A stretch of 63,936 nt of DNA, counting the filler, from Octopus bimaculoides (lineage: Eukaryota): assembly GCF_001194135.2 (NCBI RefSeq). It is 7 parts of 5 records of this genome, joined end to end, with 100 filler letters (N's around TTAATTAATTAA, not from the genome) between each part and the next. Parts side by side here need not be neighbours in the genome. Positions count along the whole stretch, not along the records: positions 1 to 22,755 come from NC_068991.1; positions 22,856 to 36,625 come from NC_068996.1; 5 more parts are not named here. One strand, given 5' to 3'. The notes under the pieces were generated by a model, which did no database searches, was not told the origin of the DNA, and saw nothing but the letters and a program-made list of their open reading frames with translations. A program made the translations under genes and the position numbers. Every line of letters begins with the position of its first letter. The first letter of the stretch is position 1. Below are positions 13,352 through 26,277 of the stretch, piece after piece.

Positions 13352-13570
13352 ATATATATAATTTTTAAAAAAAACAGAAAATTCTGGATAAGAGTTGCCT
13401 GCATCATGGTGATTGGTGTTAAGTGTCAAAATGCCGACATCATGACTACCGCTCAATGCTTTGTGAACACTGTAAAGACTTTTAAGATTCGACATGGATA
13501 TCATGGAAAACAAAGTTTTCATAAACTTCTTTGGATGTGCTTCAAGTGAAGGTGAGATCATGGCACCCCA
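12789..13570. repeat. Inverted duplication with 191-bp arms (12789-12979 / 13380-13570)
   Basis: The arms are reverse complements with a single mismatch (tttgac vs ttcgac). The 400-bp spacer contains a microsatellite. Confidence 0.92.
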
Positions 13571-13662
13571 GGGTAAAAACATCAGGGTAAAAACAGCAAT
13601 ACGAGGACGTGGTACATGCAAAGTATTAATTAGACGCTCAGAGAAGGAAAGAAAGAGTGGTT

Positions 13663-13697
13663 GTTTTACGTTTCGTGCATAGCTCTTCTTCGGAAAC
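13663..13697 (-). ncRNA. Degenerate minimal hammerhead
   Basis: Minus strand: GUUU CCGAAGA A GAGC UAU GCAC GAAA CG UA/AAAC. Confidence 0.6.
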
Positions 13698-14879
13698 AGG
13701 AGACATAGGAAAGTCTGAAAGAAAAGGAAGGAAAAAGTCGCCAACAGTCCACGTGTAGTTACATTTTTGAAATGAGCGGAAGTAAATGGACAAAGAGAAA
13801 GTGCTTTCTGGGACAGGAGTATGCGTGAAGAATGGTTGGTATCTGTGTGCGTTCGTTTGTGTGTGTGTATGTGTATGTTTGTGTGGAGGTTTGTCTGTGC
13901 GTGCGTATTCGTGCGAGTATGTGTGTGTATGCGTGCGTGCGCGAAAGGGAGAGGGGTGGTATGTGGTGTGTGATATAGAAATATGGGATATAAAAATTAA
14001 TACAAATAATAAGTAGTACAAATAATACAAATAAGTAGGAATTGGTAAAATAAAACCACAAAGGGAAAAGATATGAACAAATCAGTGGCAGAAATAGTTA
14101 AATAAAAATTTAAAAAATAAAGAAATAAAAAATAAAAAGCAAAGGGATGAAAAATAAAATATAATAAAAATTAAATAAAAAATAATAGATAATAAAATAA
14201 ACATAAAATAAAAAATATAGTATTATACGTACATATATGCATACATACATATGCATACAAACATTCATATACATGCATATATATATATATAATTAACTAA
14301 AAAACGAGAAAAAGACATCAAGAAAAAAAAAAACAACGCGAGGACTTAATGCATACAAAGTATTAATGAGACGCTCAGAGAATCAACGACTATTGAAAAG
14401 GTTGCAAGTCGCAATGAAAACGAGTGGAAATCAGATCGGTGTGTGTGTTAAATTAAGAAGGGACTAAAAGAGAATGACTCTCCCCAGACATAATAGAATA
14501 TGGTTCAACACACGAATTCACATACAGAATCTTGCAAACCACACACAAAAACGAAATTAAATAAAAATAGAATAATAAAATAGATGAAAAATAATAAAAT
14601 GAAATATAAAAAGATAAAAATTTCAAAAAATAAATAAAAATTAAATAAAAATTAAATAAAAAATAATAAATAGATGAAATAAAAGGATCAAAATAAACAA
14701 GTGCAACAGTAACATAAATAAACGAATAAAAAACAAAAGAAATATCCGAATAAAAGAATTAAAAAATAAACGATAAAAATTCGATAAATAAACGATAAAA
14801 GTTGTAAAAAATGAATAAAAATAAATGAGTAAAAATAAGATAGGGTAAAGTGTTGTTTTTTAAGGAAGATGTATGCATT

Positions 14880-15200
14880 ACTGTCTGTGTTGGCCCCTCT
14901 CTTGTTTCAACTCTGCGACGCTTGTCACACCAACATGATACTACTCGTCTTAGTCTGTCCTATCGTTACTACCACAAGAAGTGTTCTGATGAACTGTTTT
15001 TCTTAGTTCCAGATCATTTTGTACCATCTCACTTCACTCGAAGCTCACATTGTCTTCATCCAAATGTTGTGCTTCCAAGAAGGAAGTCTTTCTGCGGTTG
15101 CAGCTTTTTTTCTTTGAACTGTCAAACTTTGGAAGTCTCTTTTATCTCATTCTTTTCTTCCCTCTTATGATCTGAACTTTTTCAGTCTATAGTAAACTCA
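14880..15200 (+). mobile_element. L2/CR1-group LINE 3' ORF fragment
   Basis: LSHQHDTTRLSLSYRYYHKKCSDELFFLVP...TRSSHCLHPNVV...SFF resembles the C-terminal LSHRRxVASLSLFYRYY motif. Confidence 0.6.
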
Positions 15201-15741
15201 TTCCTTTTGTCTTAATTTCTCCTTCTTCATAGACTCTTACACTAAGTGGTTTCCCACCTTGCTTGGGATATTCTAATGGAAAAAAAAATACAACCTGTTA
15301 TTTCACCTTTTCCAAATCGATGCCAGCTTGATATTTCTCACCCAGAAATGACTCTCAGCCTGAAATTACTGTAGTAATACAGGTCTTTGATCTGAGCTGA
15401 GTTCATGCTGCTTACGTTCAGGGATTCCCGTCCCACTAGTTACTCCTCTTCACATCACTATTGTTGCTTTCTTCACCCTTGAGCCGACATTAATCCCTAC
15501 GACCACTCCTTCCTTCCCAGAACGTCGGCGCTCTGGAATTCTTTCCCTGTTCATATCTTAACATACATGCATACATACATACATACATACATACATACAT
15601 ACATACAAACATACATACAAACATACATATATATATACATGCAGACATGCATAGCATCATCACACATACACGCACACACATACACACACACACATACACA
15701 CACACATACACACACACATACACACACACACATACACACAA

Positions 15742-15846
15742 TAAAGTGTCTTGCTCAAGGACACAGCACACAGCCCGGTCAGGGAATCGACCTTACTACC
15801 TCATGATTGTAAGCCCAACGCTCTAACCACTGAGCTATGCGCCTTC
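15742..15846 (-). mobile_element. tRNA-like SINE head
   Basis: Minus strand: ggcgcatagctcagtggttagagcgttgggcttacaatcatgaggtagtaaggtcgattccctgaccggg, followed by gtccttgagcaagacacttt. Related copy at ~59780-59890(-). Confidence 0.75.
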
Positions 15847-15893
15847 ATGCATACATATATTTATGTTATGTGTGTGTGCGCGCGCGCGCACTT

Positions 15894-15940
<47 letters not shown>

Positions 15941-17164
15941 AACATGTAATGTGCATCTGCTTAATGTGTATGGTTTTAAAAGTTTAGCTTTTATTGAACC
16001 ATGATTCAGACTTTGCTTATTCTTCATCTAAAGAAATATTCATACTAAAGTCTGTTAGGCTTCCTTTTCTTCAGGTCTAGTATTCGAATGAAATGGATAT
16101 GAAAGTTAACGAATAAGCCTGAAGAATTACATTGAAAAGTTATAGATTTCAGTAGGAAATAGTCAAGTGCTTTAACTCTTCATATGTTTATAGATTTCAG
16201 CAATGAAAGAGCTGCCGCTTTCCAACTTACCTGTACCTCTCTTTATGTTAATATACATATTCATTTGAAAAGCTTTTCGAAGAGAACGGGAAAGAATAGC
16301 AGGAGATGTCATTCTATGAGAAGATTTCGATATCTGTTTTGGAACCAAGCATATAACTATACAACTTCATCAGTACTTCTGATACTCCAGAGAAAAACCG
16401 GAATGCCATGCACGTCTATATTGTATGATTCGCATAAAGTGAAGGAGCTACAGCTCTGATTGGATAGGTTGGCAGCTAACTAACTGAGGCGTTGGTAGTT
16501 CGAATTTTGTTGCAATCACCTTGGACATCAGTGGACAGGACGCGTAAATTAACTGTAATAAAGTACACAAGAATGGTTTACAAGTAAACCTGGGTGCAAG
16601 TTTAATTCCTGTATATATTCTTCCATACTTTACATGTATAATTTTTTCAACTACAGGCATCAAACCAGAAATTTTAAGGGATGGACTAATCCCCAGTGCT
16701 TGATTGGTACTCATTTCATCGATTGTGACAGAATGAAAGGCAAAGTCGACTTCAACGGAATTTGAACTCAGAAGGTACAGTTGGAAGAAATGCCGTGAAG
16801 TATTTTGCCCAGCAGGGTAACGATTCTAGCAGCTCACCACCTTCATACTGCAATAGAGTTAAATGTGAGTCCATACTCACATTAATTGTTGAAGTTCTGT
16901 ACCGAGAAACTTAAAGGAGTCCACAATCAGTCGTGTCATTCACGTGGTCTTCTAATACAAATCCTGTATGATGAGGACAGGGTTTTAGTCGAACAAATAG
17001 ACCCAAGGACTTTTTAAACCTATTAATTATTCTATCAAATCTCAATTGCAGAACCGCTATGTTACGGAGACGTAAACTTACGAACACCGGTTGTCAAACA
17101 GTGGTGATGGAACAAACAGACACAAAGACACACGCATACACATATACATAGATACATGTTGTTT

Positions 17165-17520
17165 GTCTTTCCTACTGCCTGGTCTTTATTTTCCAGTTCT
17201 CTTGTGATCTCTTCTATCTCCGATTCTGTCATCCAATTTCTTCTCCTAATAGCAGTAGCTTGATCAACTAATCTCTGCTCAGTCACTTTAAATATACCCT
17301 TCTCTATCCAAAATGTTAACATCCGTTTTCTATAGCCCCTTCTTTTAGGTTCACTTTCTAAGTAACACTGCATCACTATCCTGTTTTTTTCATTGGCCTA
17401 CTTCTGTCTTCTTGCTCTATTATCTGCTGATGCTGTATTAGGATAGCAGTTGTGGTCAGTCTGCATCTCAACTGAACCACGGCCTTCTATGGCACGCGTT
17501 GTGGGTTTTGTTCATATTGG
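17165..17520 (-). mobile_element. R4/Dong-clade non-LTR retrotransposon N-terminal fragment
   Basis: MQCYLESEPKRRGYRKRMLTFWIEKGIFKVTEQRLVDQATAIRRRNWMTESEIEEI resembles the N-terminal RGYRKRM...TEQRLxDQ motif I associate with R4/Dong elements. Confidence 0.65.
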
Positions 17521-17844
17521 GTAGTTACAGTAAGAGTTTATTCTTTTATGTTTTTGAGTGGGATGTTTCATAGTAGTGTGTGTAAATCATAGATCAAGTA
17601 TTTCATCGTATTTATGATTATCTGTCCGCCGTTCTTTTTCTTTTTTTTTTTTGGTGGGTGGTTGTTATGGGTTTCGTTTTTAACTGAACACCACCGATGA
17701 ACATGTTTTGATGTTAGTTTCGTAGTTATAATAATAATTATAACTATTATTGATGTATCAGCGGGAGACTGAAAAGAAATATCAACGTGCATATATACAG
17801 AGGTCTTGAATGTATATGGATGAATATATAATTAAAATGAAAGA

Positions 17845-19188
17845 ACTCACTATGAAATATCCTGGCTACTTTCTCACATCCTGAAACCCATACTCTCCAC
17901 CTTTCCTGGACACGTCAAGAACTCTGACGAAGTCATCAAAAGAGTGCGCCAACTGACCCCAGACAAATTCAGGCAAAACAGATATGCCTTTAGTTTTGAC
18001 GTTGTCTCAATGTACACAACGGTGCCAGCACACTCGACGGTCAACCTATTGACTGAATGCATAGTAGCGTCCGACATCCACTGCTTCGGTCTTACCGCAG
18101 CTGATATACATCAACTTTTGTCCATCATCGTAGATAACACCTACTTCTCTTTCCATGACGACACATACTAACAGACGACAGGTCTCCCCATGGGATCCAC
18201 TCTCTCAGGCCCACTAGCCATCGCCTATATGACCCATCTGGAACGTCGAGCACTTAACATCTGTCGCTCATGCGCCTTCTTCACCAAGTACATAGATGAC
18301 ATCCTCATACTCACAACCTCTCGTGAAGAGGCTGAGAGAATATTCACGACGTTCAACAACATGGACATGAACATACAATTCACTATAGAACATTCCGACA
18401 ACACTGGATCACTATCGCTACTTGACTGCCAACTGAAAATAACAGAAGTAAAGATCCACACCGAATTCTAGAGAAAAGCAGCCAGTAGAGATATATTTGT
18501 CCAGTACAGTTCACTACTTCCATTCGGTGCCAAAATAGGATACGCCAGAAATGAACTTGCACGCATCCAGAGCAACTGCAGCAGGACAGAGGACAAGGTG
18601 ACCCACACTACACGCTTCGTTGAAATACTGAAAACCAACGGGTACCCTATATCCATTGTAAATCGGCTTAAGTACCCAAGAACACACAGAAAATCCAGCA
18701 ACACATGCTTCCTTAAATTACCCCATATTAGTGAGAGGGTAACTACAGCTATCCGAAGAACTATAAGAAGAGAAAGACTACACATACAACTAGCCCACGC
18801 CGGCTCCTCTCTGAGAAGACACCTTGCAAAGAAACGAGCAAGGGACAGCAATCAATGCACACTAGCTAACTGTTCCATCCGTGACACAGATTTATGCCTA
18901 CGGGTAAATGTTGTGTATAGAATACAATGTAACAAATGCAACAAGTTCTATGTGGGTAGCACAACAAGACTGTTACACGTTCGCATCAAAGAACATCTGA
19001 ACACGAGAACCTCCTCCTTCAGAAAACATCTAGACAGATGCTGGAACACTGACAAAAGCATAACAGTCACAAGTGAGGCCAATGCAAGAAATTTGGGTAA
19101 TCTAAGAATTAAGGAAGCCATCTTTATAGATAGCCTAGGGCCCCAAATTAACAACAGGCTGGAGGCTGGCAGTCAATATATTATTTAG
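17845..19188 (+). mobile_element. Penelope-like element (PLE), 5'-truncated RT + GIY-YIG ORF with two in-frame stops
   Basis: One continuous frame: SFDVVSMYTTVP, GLPMGSTLSGPLA, YIDDILI, Cys-rich linker CTLANC...LC, VVYRIQCNKCNKFYVGSTTR, KEAIFI...PQINN. Stops are TAA (18169-18171) and TAG (18469-18471); no frameshift. Confidence 0.93.
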
Positions 19189-19470
19189 CTACATCTGGAC
19201 GCGTGTAAGTTCATTTTTAATAACATGATCAAGTACTATTTATAAAAAAAAAGAAAGATGGAGAAAAAAACAAGGAAACTGCACGTATAATATATAACTT
19301 AGAAGCAGCGTTACGAATGTGCCAGCACATACGAGCTTGAGACATGGCCGCCCTCACGCACTTCTCATGAGGAATTGCGGAAGGAGCTTCGTGAGACCAC
19401 TGAGACGTTTCCAGAAAAAAAAAAAACCGTTGGAAAACCGATTATAGCAGTGACTCGATCAATTCCGAGG

Positions 19471-19516
19471 GTTATCTGAAGAAGGAATTTTTATATTCCG
19501 AAATATTATATCAGAC
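19471..19516 (+). ncRNA. Type I hammerhead ribozyme motif downstream of the PLE ORF
   Basis: CTGAAGA (19476-82), A, GGAAT/ATTCC stem II, GAAA (19500-03), TATTATA stem III, TC. Stem I is weak (gtt-a-t/agac). Confidence 0.7.
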
Positions 19517-19961
19517 TATGATTAAATTATAACAGTTACTATAGTCCATTGTTGTTATTATAGTGCATTGTTGTGTCATTCAAAACACATTATTTTTTGT
19601 AAAATTTAAAATTTTACTCATAGGTTTGCAATTTTCGCATAGAAATGTGTTCACATTTTTACGCACATGTTGCTGTAACAGTTCATCTGGGGGAAAGCTA
19701 TTTTTTGTATATATACTCTATATAAGAAAAATCTTTCAGTTTCCAGAGATGGCTTATATTTAGAAATAGTTTTCTATCATTGTTTTTGCGGATTCTTAAT
19801 TTCTGCTTCGTGATAGTTTCAGATTTGATTTATCTTCCCAGCAACTCGCCGTCACACGTCCATGCTGTTTGGTATTCGCTGTGGTATTCTCCTTGCATAG
19901 TAGTGTGTGTAAATTGTAGATCAACTATTTCACAGTATTTATGATTATCTGTCATCCGTTC

Positions 19962-20026
<65 letters not shown>

Positions 20027-20726
20027 CATCATCATCAGCATCATCATCATCATCATCATCAAGATCATCATCATCATCATTATTATAATCGCAGGAGTGG
20101 CTGTGTGGTAAGTAGCTTGCTNNNNNNNNNNNNNNNNNNNNNNNNNNNNNNNNNNNNNNNNNNNNNNNNNNNNNNNNNNNNNNNNNNNNNNNNNNNNNNN
20201 NNNNNNNNNNNNNNNNNNNNNNNNNNNNNNNNNNNNNNNNNNNNNNNNNNNNNNNNNNNNNNNNNNNNNNNNNNNNNNNNNNNNNNNNNNNNNNNNNNNN
20301 NNNNNNNNNNNNNNNNNNNNNNNNNNNNNNNNNNNNNNNNNNNNNNNNNNNNNNNNNNNNNNNNNNNNNNNNNNNNNNNNNNNNNNNNNNNNNNNNNNNN
20401 NNNNNNNNNNNNNNNNNNNNNNNNNNNNNNNNNNNNNNNNNNNNNNNNNNNNNNNNNNNNNNNNNNNNNNNNNNNNNNNNNNNNNNNNNNNNNNNNNNNN
20501 NNNNNNNNNNNNNNNNNNNNNNNNNNNNNNNNNNNNNNNNNNNNNNNNNNNNNNNNNNNNNNNNNNNNNNNNNNNNNNNNNNNNNNNNNNNNNNNNNNNN
20601 NNNNNNNNNNNNNNNNNNNNNNNNNNNNNNNNNNNNNNNNNNNNNNNNNNNNNNNNNNNNNNNNNNNNNNNNNNNNNNNNNNNNNNNNNNNNNNNNNNNN
20701 NNNNNNNNNNNNNNNNNNNNNNNNNN

Positions 20727-20831
<105 letters not shown>

Positions 20832-21183
20832 ATAACGCTTGTACATGCTAAGTTAGCAGATATTTTATCTTAAGTTTTGGTGACAACAAATCTCATCAAA
20901 TCTCTAGAATATTTCTTAAGATTCTTGCAGAATATAAGGTAGTACTTTTCTGTGCGTCGACAATGCGATTTTCAATGAATCTCTAAACAGAGGTTAAACT
21001 AGCCAGAACAACACCTGTATGTTCTGACCCACGGGGTGACATAAATATTTCTTATATTTGTTTACATTTGCGGCGAGATTTATAATTTAAATATTCTACG
21101 TATCACTTTATGAAATTTTATATTCTTAACGTGCGTTGCATTGACTATAACTGATTAATCTTCACTGTTATTACGATGTATCT

Positions 21184-21606
21184 AAGGCGGTGAGCTGGCA
21201 GAATCGTTAGCAAGCTGGGCGAAATGCTTAGCGGTATTTCGTTTGCCGATACGTTCTGAGTTCAAACTCAGAAGTCGATAAATTAAGTACCAGTTGAGTA
21301 CTGAGGTCGATGTAATTGACCATTCCCCCTCCCCCAGACTTCAGGCCTTTTGTGCCTATAGTAGAAAAGATTATTATGCATCTATGTGAGGCGGCGAACT
21401 CGCAGAATCGGTAGCACGCCAAGAAAAACACTTAGTGACATTTTGTCCGTCTTTACGTTCTGAGTTCAAATTCTGCCGAGATTGACATTGCCTTTCATTC
21501 TTTCAGGGCTCGATAAAATAAGTATCTGTTGAGCACTGGGGTTCATGTAATCGACTTAGCCGCTTCCCCGAAACTATTAGCCTTCTGCTCAAATTTCAAG
21601 CTATTA
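21184..21606 (+). mobile_element. Tandem pair of SINE family A
   Basis: Copies at 21184-21372 and 21388-21606. Confidence 0.85.
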
Positions 21607-21707
21607 TTATGTATTTACGTATGTTATGCGCTTGGATGGGTAAAAAGATGAAGGGCAAAAATAAAGTCACACACACACACACATTTGTATTGTACTTATG
21701 TTTCATA

Positions 21708-21780
<73 letters not shown>

Positions 21781-22029
21781 TACCCCAGCATGACCACAGT
21801 CTAATGACTGAAACAAGTAAAAGATAAAAGATGCATATATGTTTTCGAGTGAAGGTTCGTGGATCTGTGGCTGAGTATTCCGCTCACCAACTTAAGGTCG
21901 TGAATTCGATTCCTGGCAGTGTGTTATGTTCTGGAGCAAGATACTTCATTTCATGTTTATTGCAAGAAACAGGTCGGTTTCTTTCTGTAACGTTTTACAT
22001 AGTTCAACCTACACAAATTAATGTGTGAA

Positions 22030-22340
22030 AAACCAAGTTTCTTCAAGGAAACCAGTTGGATTTGCCTCAAACAATATCAGATTTTCCTGTATTATGATCA
22101 ACCTGGTGCGGTTTTGATTAGGTGTCAGAAGAGTTGACACCCACCGGGCAGAAACCTTCATCATGCCAAGAATATTCTCAATATCCATCATGTGCAGAAT
22201 ATTCTCAACTCTCTCATGTGATATGCTAATAGCATTGGCTATTTCATTTATAGTCAGTCACCTGTCATCCATCACCATGTGGTGAACTCCATCAATGTTT
22301 TCCTCGGGAAGAGAAAATTTCAAACTACCTGTTGTGGGTT
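22030..22340 (-). mobile_element. Mariner transposase fragment (second family)
   Basis: EENIDGVHHMVMDDR, then INEIANAISISHERVENILH, then MMKVSARWVSTLLTPNQNRTRL (HTH and WVP-like region). Confidence 0.75.
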
Positions 22341-22724
22341 TTGAATGATGAGAATTCTTAAGCATATCTATCGTTACTAATAAAATGATGCGGAAGTAGG
22401 ATGTGTAGATGGCGGAATTGGTAGAGCATCGGACGAAATACGGCATAATATTTTGCTACGACTGCTGATACTCTCAGCTCAGTTCCCTCCCAGGTTTATT
22501 TTGCATTTTCTCTACTTGATCTCTATAAAATAAGATCAAGTGGATAAACGTGTGTGTTGAGGGCATAGTATAGGATTAGATGCTGGAAAACGTCCCCTCA
22601 GACTGGTGACAACAGTGACGGAAACTTATAAAAAGAAATGTAAATAACACCTAAATCTTATCTATCTATCTTTCTGTCTCTCTGTCAATAAATATGTTTG
22701 TATGCATATGTATGTATGTATATG

Positions 22725-22755
<31 letters not shown>

Positions 22756-22855
22756 NNNNNNNNNNNNNNNNNNNNNNNNNNNNNNNNNNNNNNNNNNNNT
22801 TAATTAATTAANNNNNNNNNNNNNNNNNNNNNNNNNNNNNNNNNNNNNNNNNNNN
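22756..22855. other. Assembly spacer: 44 N + TTAATTAATTAA + 44 N
   Basis: The 12-mer recurs inside N runs at 22800, 36670, 41981, 48034, 53481 and 62373. It encodes stops in all six frames. Confidence 0.95.
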
Positions 22856-23112
22856 GTAGATGTATGTGATTGGCCAGTGTGTATGTATGTGTACGAGCCT
22901 ACAATTTTTTTTAAATTTCAAATTCCCATATAAACGTAATCTACACACTGCCCCTCGCCCTCTTCCGGTCAGCTCCCGGTTCCGGTCAGCGGTCAGCTCC
23001 CCAGTCGCTGACATCATACCACAAAATTTTCACAAATTACATCTGAAGCGTATTAGTAGAAAATTTCATTAAATATCTATTTTTCTGGAAGCCGTGAGGC
23101 AACAAAATCGGT

Positions 23113-24075
23113 CAGTCATTTGACTGTGGCCATGCTGGAGCACTGCCTTTAGTCGAGCTAATCAACCCCAGGACTTATTATTTGTAAGCCTACAGTACTT
23201 ATTCTATCAGTCTCTTTTGCCGAACCTCTAAGTTACGGGGACGTAAACACACCAGCATCGGTTGTCAGGCGATGTTGGGGGGACAAACACAGACACACAA
23301 ACATATACGCACACACATACATGCATGCATACATATATACGATGGGCTTCTTTCAGTTTCCGTCTACCAAATCCACTCACAAGGCTTTGGTCAGCCTGAG
23401 GCTAAACTAGAAAACACTTGCCCAAGGTGCCATGCAGTAGGACTGAAATCGGAACCATGTGGTTTGTAAGCAAGCTACTGACTACACAACCACTCCTACT
23501 CACTCTGAACCTTTTTTTGTCTTTTCCAACAATTTCTTGGATTCCCGTTTCCAAAAACGAAGAGAAAACAATTGCACCCAAAACAGCTTTTCAAAATTTC
23601 AATCAACCATCCACTTCCACATTTCGATTCTGAAAGAAACATTTTTAATTAACCCCCCCCCCCCCATTTTCCTATTCTGATATTTGCAATCCCCACACTC
23701 ACAACCAGTATTCATTTCCACATGCATGAAATCCTGCTAATCCAACAACACTAAGTAGCTTTCAATGTGGTTGTTCTGCATGCTAGAAATAACACCCAAA
23801 TTTTTAATGTTTTATAAGAGGACAAAAATTAGCCAATATTCTTTTACTTGTTTCAATCATTTGATTGTGGCCATACTGGAGCACTGCCTTTTAGTTGAAC
23901 AAATCAATCCCAGGACTTATTCTTTGTAAGCCTGTTACTTATCAGTTCTTTTGCCAAAACGTTAAGTTATAGGAACATAAACACACCAATATCGGTTGTC
24001 AAGCACTGGTGGTGTGGACAAACACAGACACAAAGACACATACGTACGTACGTATATGCATGCATGCATACATAC

Positions 24076-24113
<38 letters not shown>

Positions 24114-24235
24114 TGTAAAGAACAGGCTTCTTTTCAGTTTCTGTCTACCAAATCCACTCACAAAGCTTTGGTCAATCCCAAGGTGCCAGAACTATATGGT
24201 TGGGAAGCAAGCTTCTTACCACACAGCCACAACTG
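23113..24235 (-). mobile_element. Two SINE family B copies (23113-23495, 23840-24235)
   Basis: Reverse complement of the family B consensus. Further minus copies at 4015-4323, 41320-41680 and 52770-52985. Confidence 0.88.
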
Positions 24236-25949
24236 CATCTGTTTATAATAAAAAAATTTTTTTATATAGACATTGTGATTGTGAAGAGTAATTTTTTCCA
24301 AACATACACATTTTTAAATCACCCATCACCAGTTTTCAGGACAACATCTGCCAGACACTTATTGAGAATGCATCAGTACAATTATTCCTGTTCCCCACCA
24401 ACTACCACCACTGAAATATTAGATAATTTTTTTGCCCCCTCTGTTAATGAGAAGGTGAAATAGAGTTTGTATCTATAATTCTTTTTTGCTATAATGGACA
24501 AGTTTTAACTCTTTGTGATGTTTTTTTTTTTGACAATTTGTCTGTCCCGATTTCAATCTTCACAGATCCACCTAAGTGAGGGCACCCTACATTTGAGAAA
24601 CATTACATTAGCACCACCCAATATTTCTTTCTTCTACTATGGAAGCATGTGACAGATCATGCTATTTTACTATAATGCAAAATCTTTATTAATAAGGTGA
24701 GAAATTGAAATTTGTTGCAATATACGTCTCCTTTCTTTGCCATAGTTTGGACAAGTTTTAAATGTCTGACATTGTCTCTCAAAACCAACAAGAAAACACT
24801 GTTTAAACCTTCAAACTAAAACTAATTTAATGTGAATTAGTAAAATTAAAATTTCATAAATTTTCCTAAATACAAATTCTCATAGACTTGCAATTAATTC
24901 CTGCATTTGGCTAAAAGGATTCCAGCTGGCTTGTTTCTTTATTTTCAATTATGATTCCATTCGAATTGATACATTATAGCAGCATTTTTCAAGTAGGAAA
25001 GGGAATCCTCTGGGGTATTATGAAGGCTGAAAAGGAGCTAGGTAATTTGCCATGTTCAAAAATAAAGAATAGGAATATTTAAAATGTTTAAAACTTGTCC
25101 AATAAATACCATTGCAAAGAAAGAACTGTATTTCCTTTTCTCATTAATAAAGGAGCTTAGGTATGGCTTTGTCATCTTGAGAACTATTGCATTAGCAAAA
25201 ATTTGGTGGGAGTGGAGTTAGTGGTTTACATCAACTCCAGTGCTCAACTAGAACTTATTTCATCAATCCTGAAAGGATAAAAAGCAAAGTCAACCTTGGC
25301 AGAATTTGAACTCAGAACATAAAGCTGAAAGAAATGCCACAAAGCATTTTGTTTGACATATTAACAATTCCACCCAGCTTGCCACCTTGAAGCTGAACAA
25401 TAAATTAAAATTGTTGTCAAACTGGAGCATATTTGCATGATGGGAGGATTGGAAGAAAAGTGCAATAACCATAATTTCAAAAAAATTTTAAATGTGTGTT
25501 TCATTAACCCATCCCACATCCTTAGATGGGTCTGTGAGAATTGAAAAAGGGGTGGATGAATTTCGTGTTTAAAAAAATTATCATGATTTGAAACTTTTAA
25601 ACTTATCTCCACCATAGCATAGAGAACAAGATTATATGGATGCAAACTGAACATTGCTTTCACATGCATAAAGAGTGATGAGTGGGAGCAAAAAAAAGTT
25701 AATATTTCAGTAGCAGTGGGGCTGATGCATTCCTGATTTCCATCAGGTAGAGGTGTTGTTCTGAAAGCTGGAGAAAGTAGGTTTCAAAAATAGAAATTTT
25801 GGAAAAAATTATATTTTAGAATCATAATTTCCATATTTTTATATATGCTGGACTTTATTGTCCAATGTGTTCTTTCATTTATAAGACATGAGATGCATGG
25901 TTAGAGAGAGAATTGATTGTTGTTTCTAGCATATCAAGCAACTACACTG

Positions 25950-26277
25950 AGGCCTCCCTCATATGACCGGTGTTGGGCTTCATGGAGACAATGACAGACC
26001 TTTGGGATTATGTCATGCTTGAGAAGAAGAGCCATCAAGCCAAGTAAAATCACAGTTGTGGCAGATACCAATGTCATACAAATGGCATCCGTGTTAGTGG
26101 CACGTGAAAGCACCCATTACTCTCTTAGTGTGGTTGACATTAGGAAGAGCGTCCAGCCATAGAAACCACGCCAAATCAGACTGGAGTCAGGTGCAGCCTT
26201 CCAGCTTGCCAGCCCTGGTCAAACTGTCCAACCCATGCCAACATGGACAACGGACACTAAATGATGATGATGATGGA
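25950..26277 (+). mobile_element. RTE 3'-end fragment with (GAT)n tail
   Basis: Similar to the 28380-28642 UTR: cattaggaagagcgtccagcc...catgccaacatggacaacggacactaaatgatgatgatg. Confidence 0.75.

Noticed and set aside
15760-15846. tRNA gene (also SINE heads at 60601, 32640-32715 and 50750)
   Set aside because: The acceptor and anticodon stems do not pair properly and each continues into SINE body sequence.
16226-16300. Strong minus-strand donor CAG/gtaagt
   Set aside because: No convincing acceptor or recognisable peptide upstream.
18169-18471. In-frame stops in the PLE as possible selenocysteine recoding (known for some Naiad PLEs)
   Set aside because: The stops are TAA and TAG, not TGA.
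22258-22330. Apparent minus-strand exon GSLKFSLPEENIDGVHHMVMDDR with cag/gtgact borders
   Set aside because: It is part of a mariner transposase remnant.
22800-22811. TTAATTAATTAA recurring six times (double PacI-like palindrome)
   Set aside because: It always sits inside N runs (44 N each side where counted) and is a six-frame-stop scaffolding linker, not biology.
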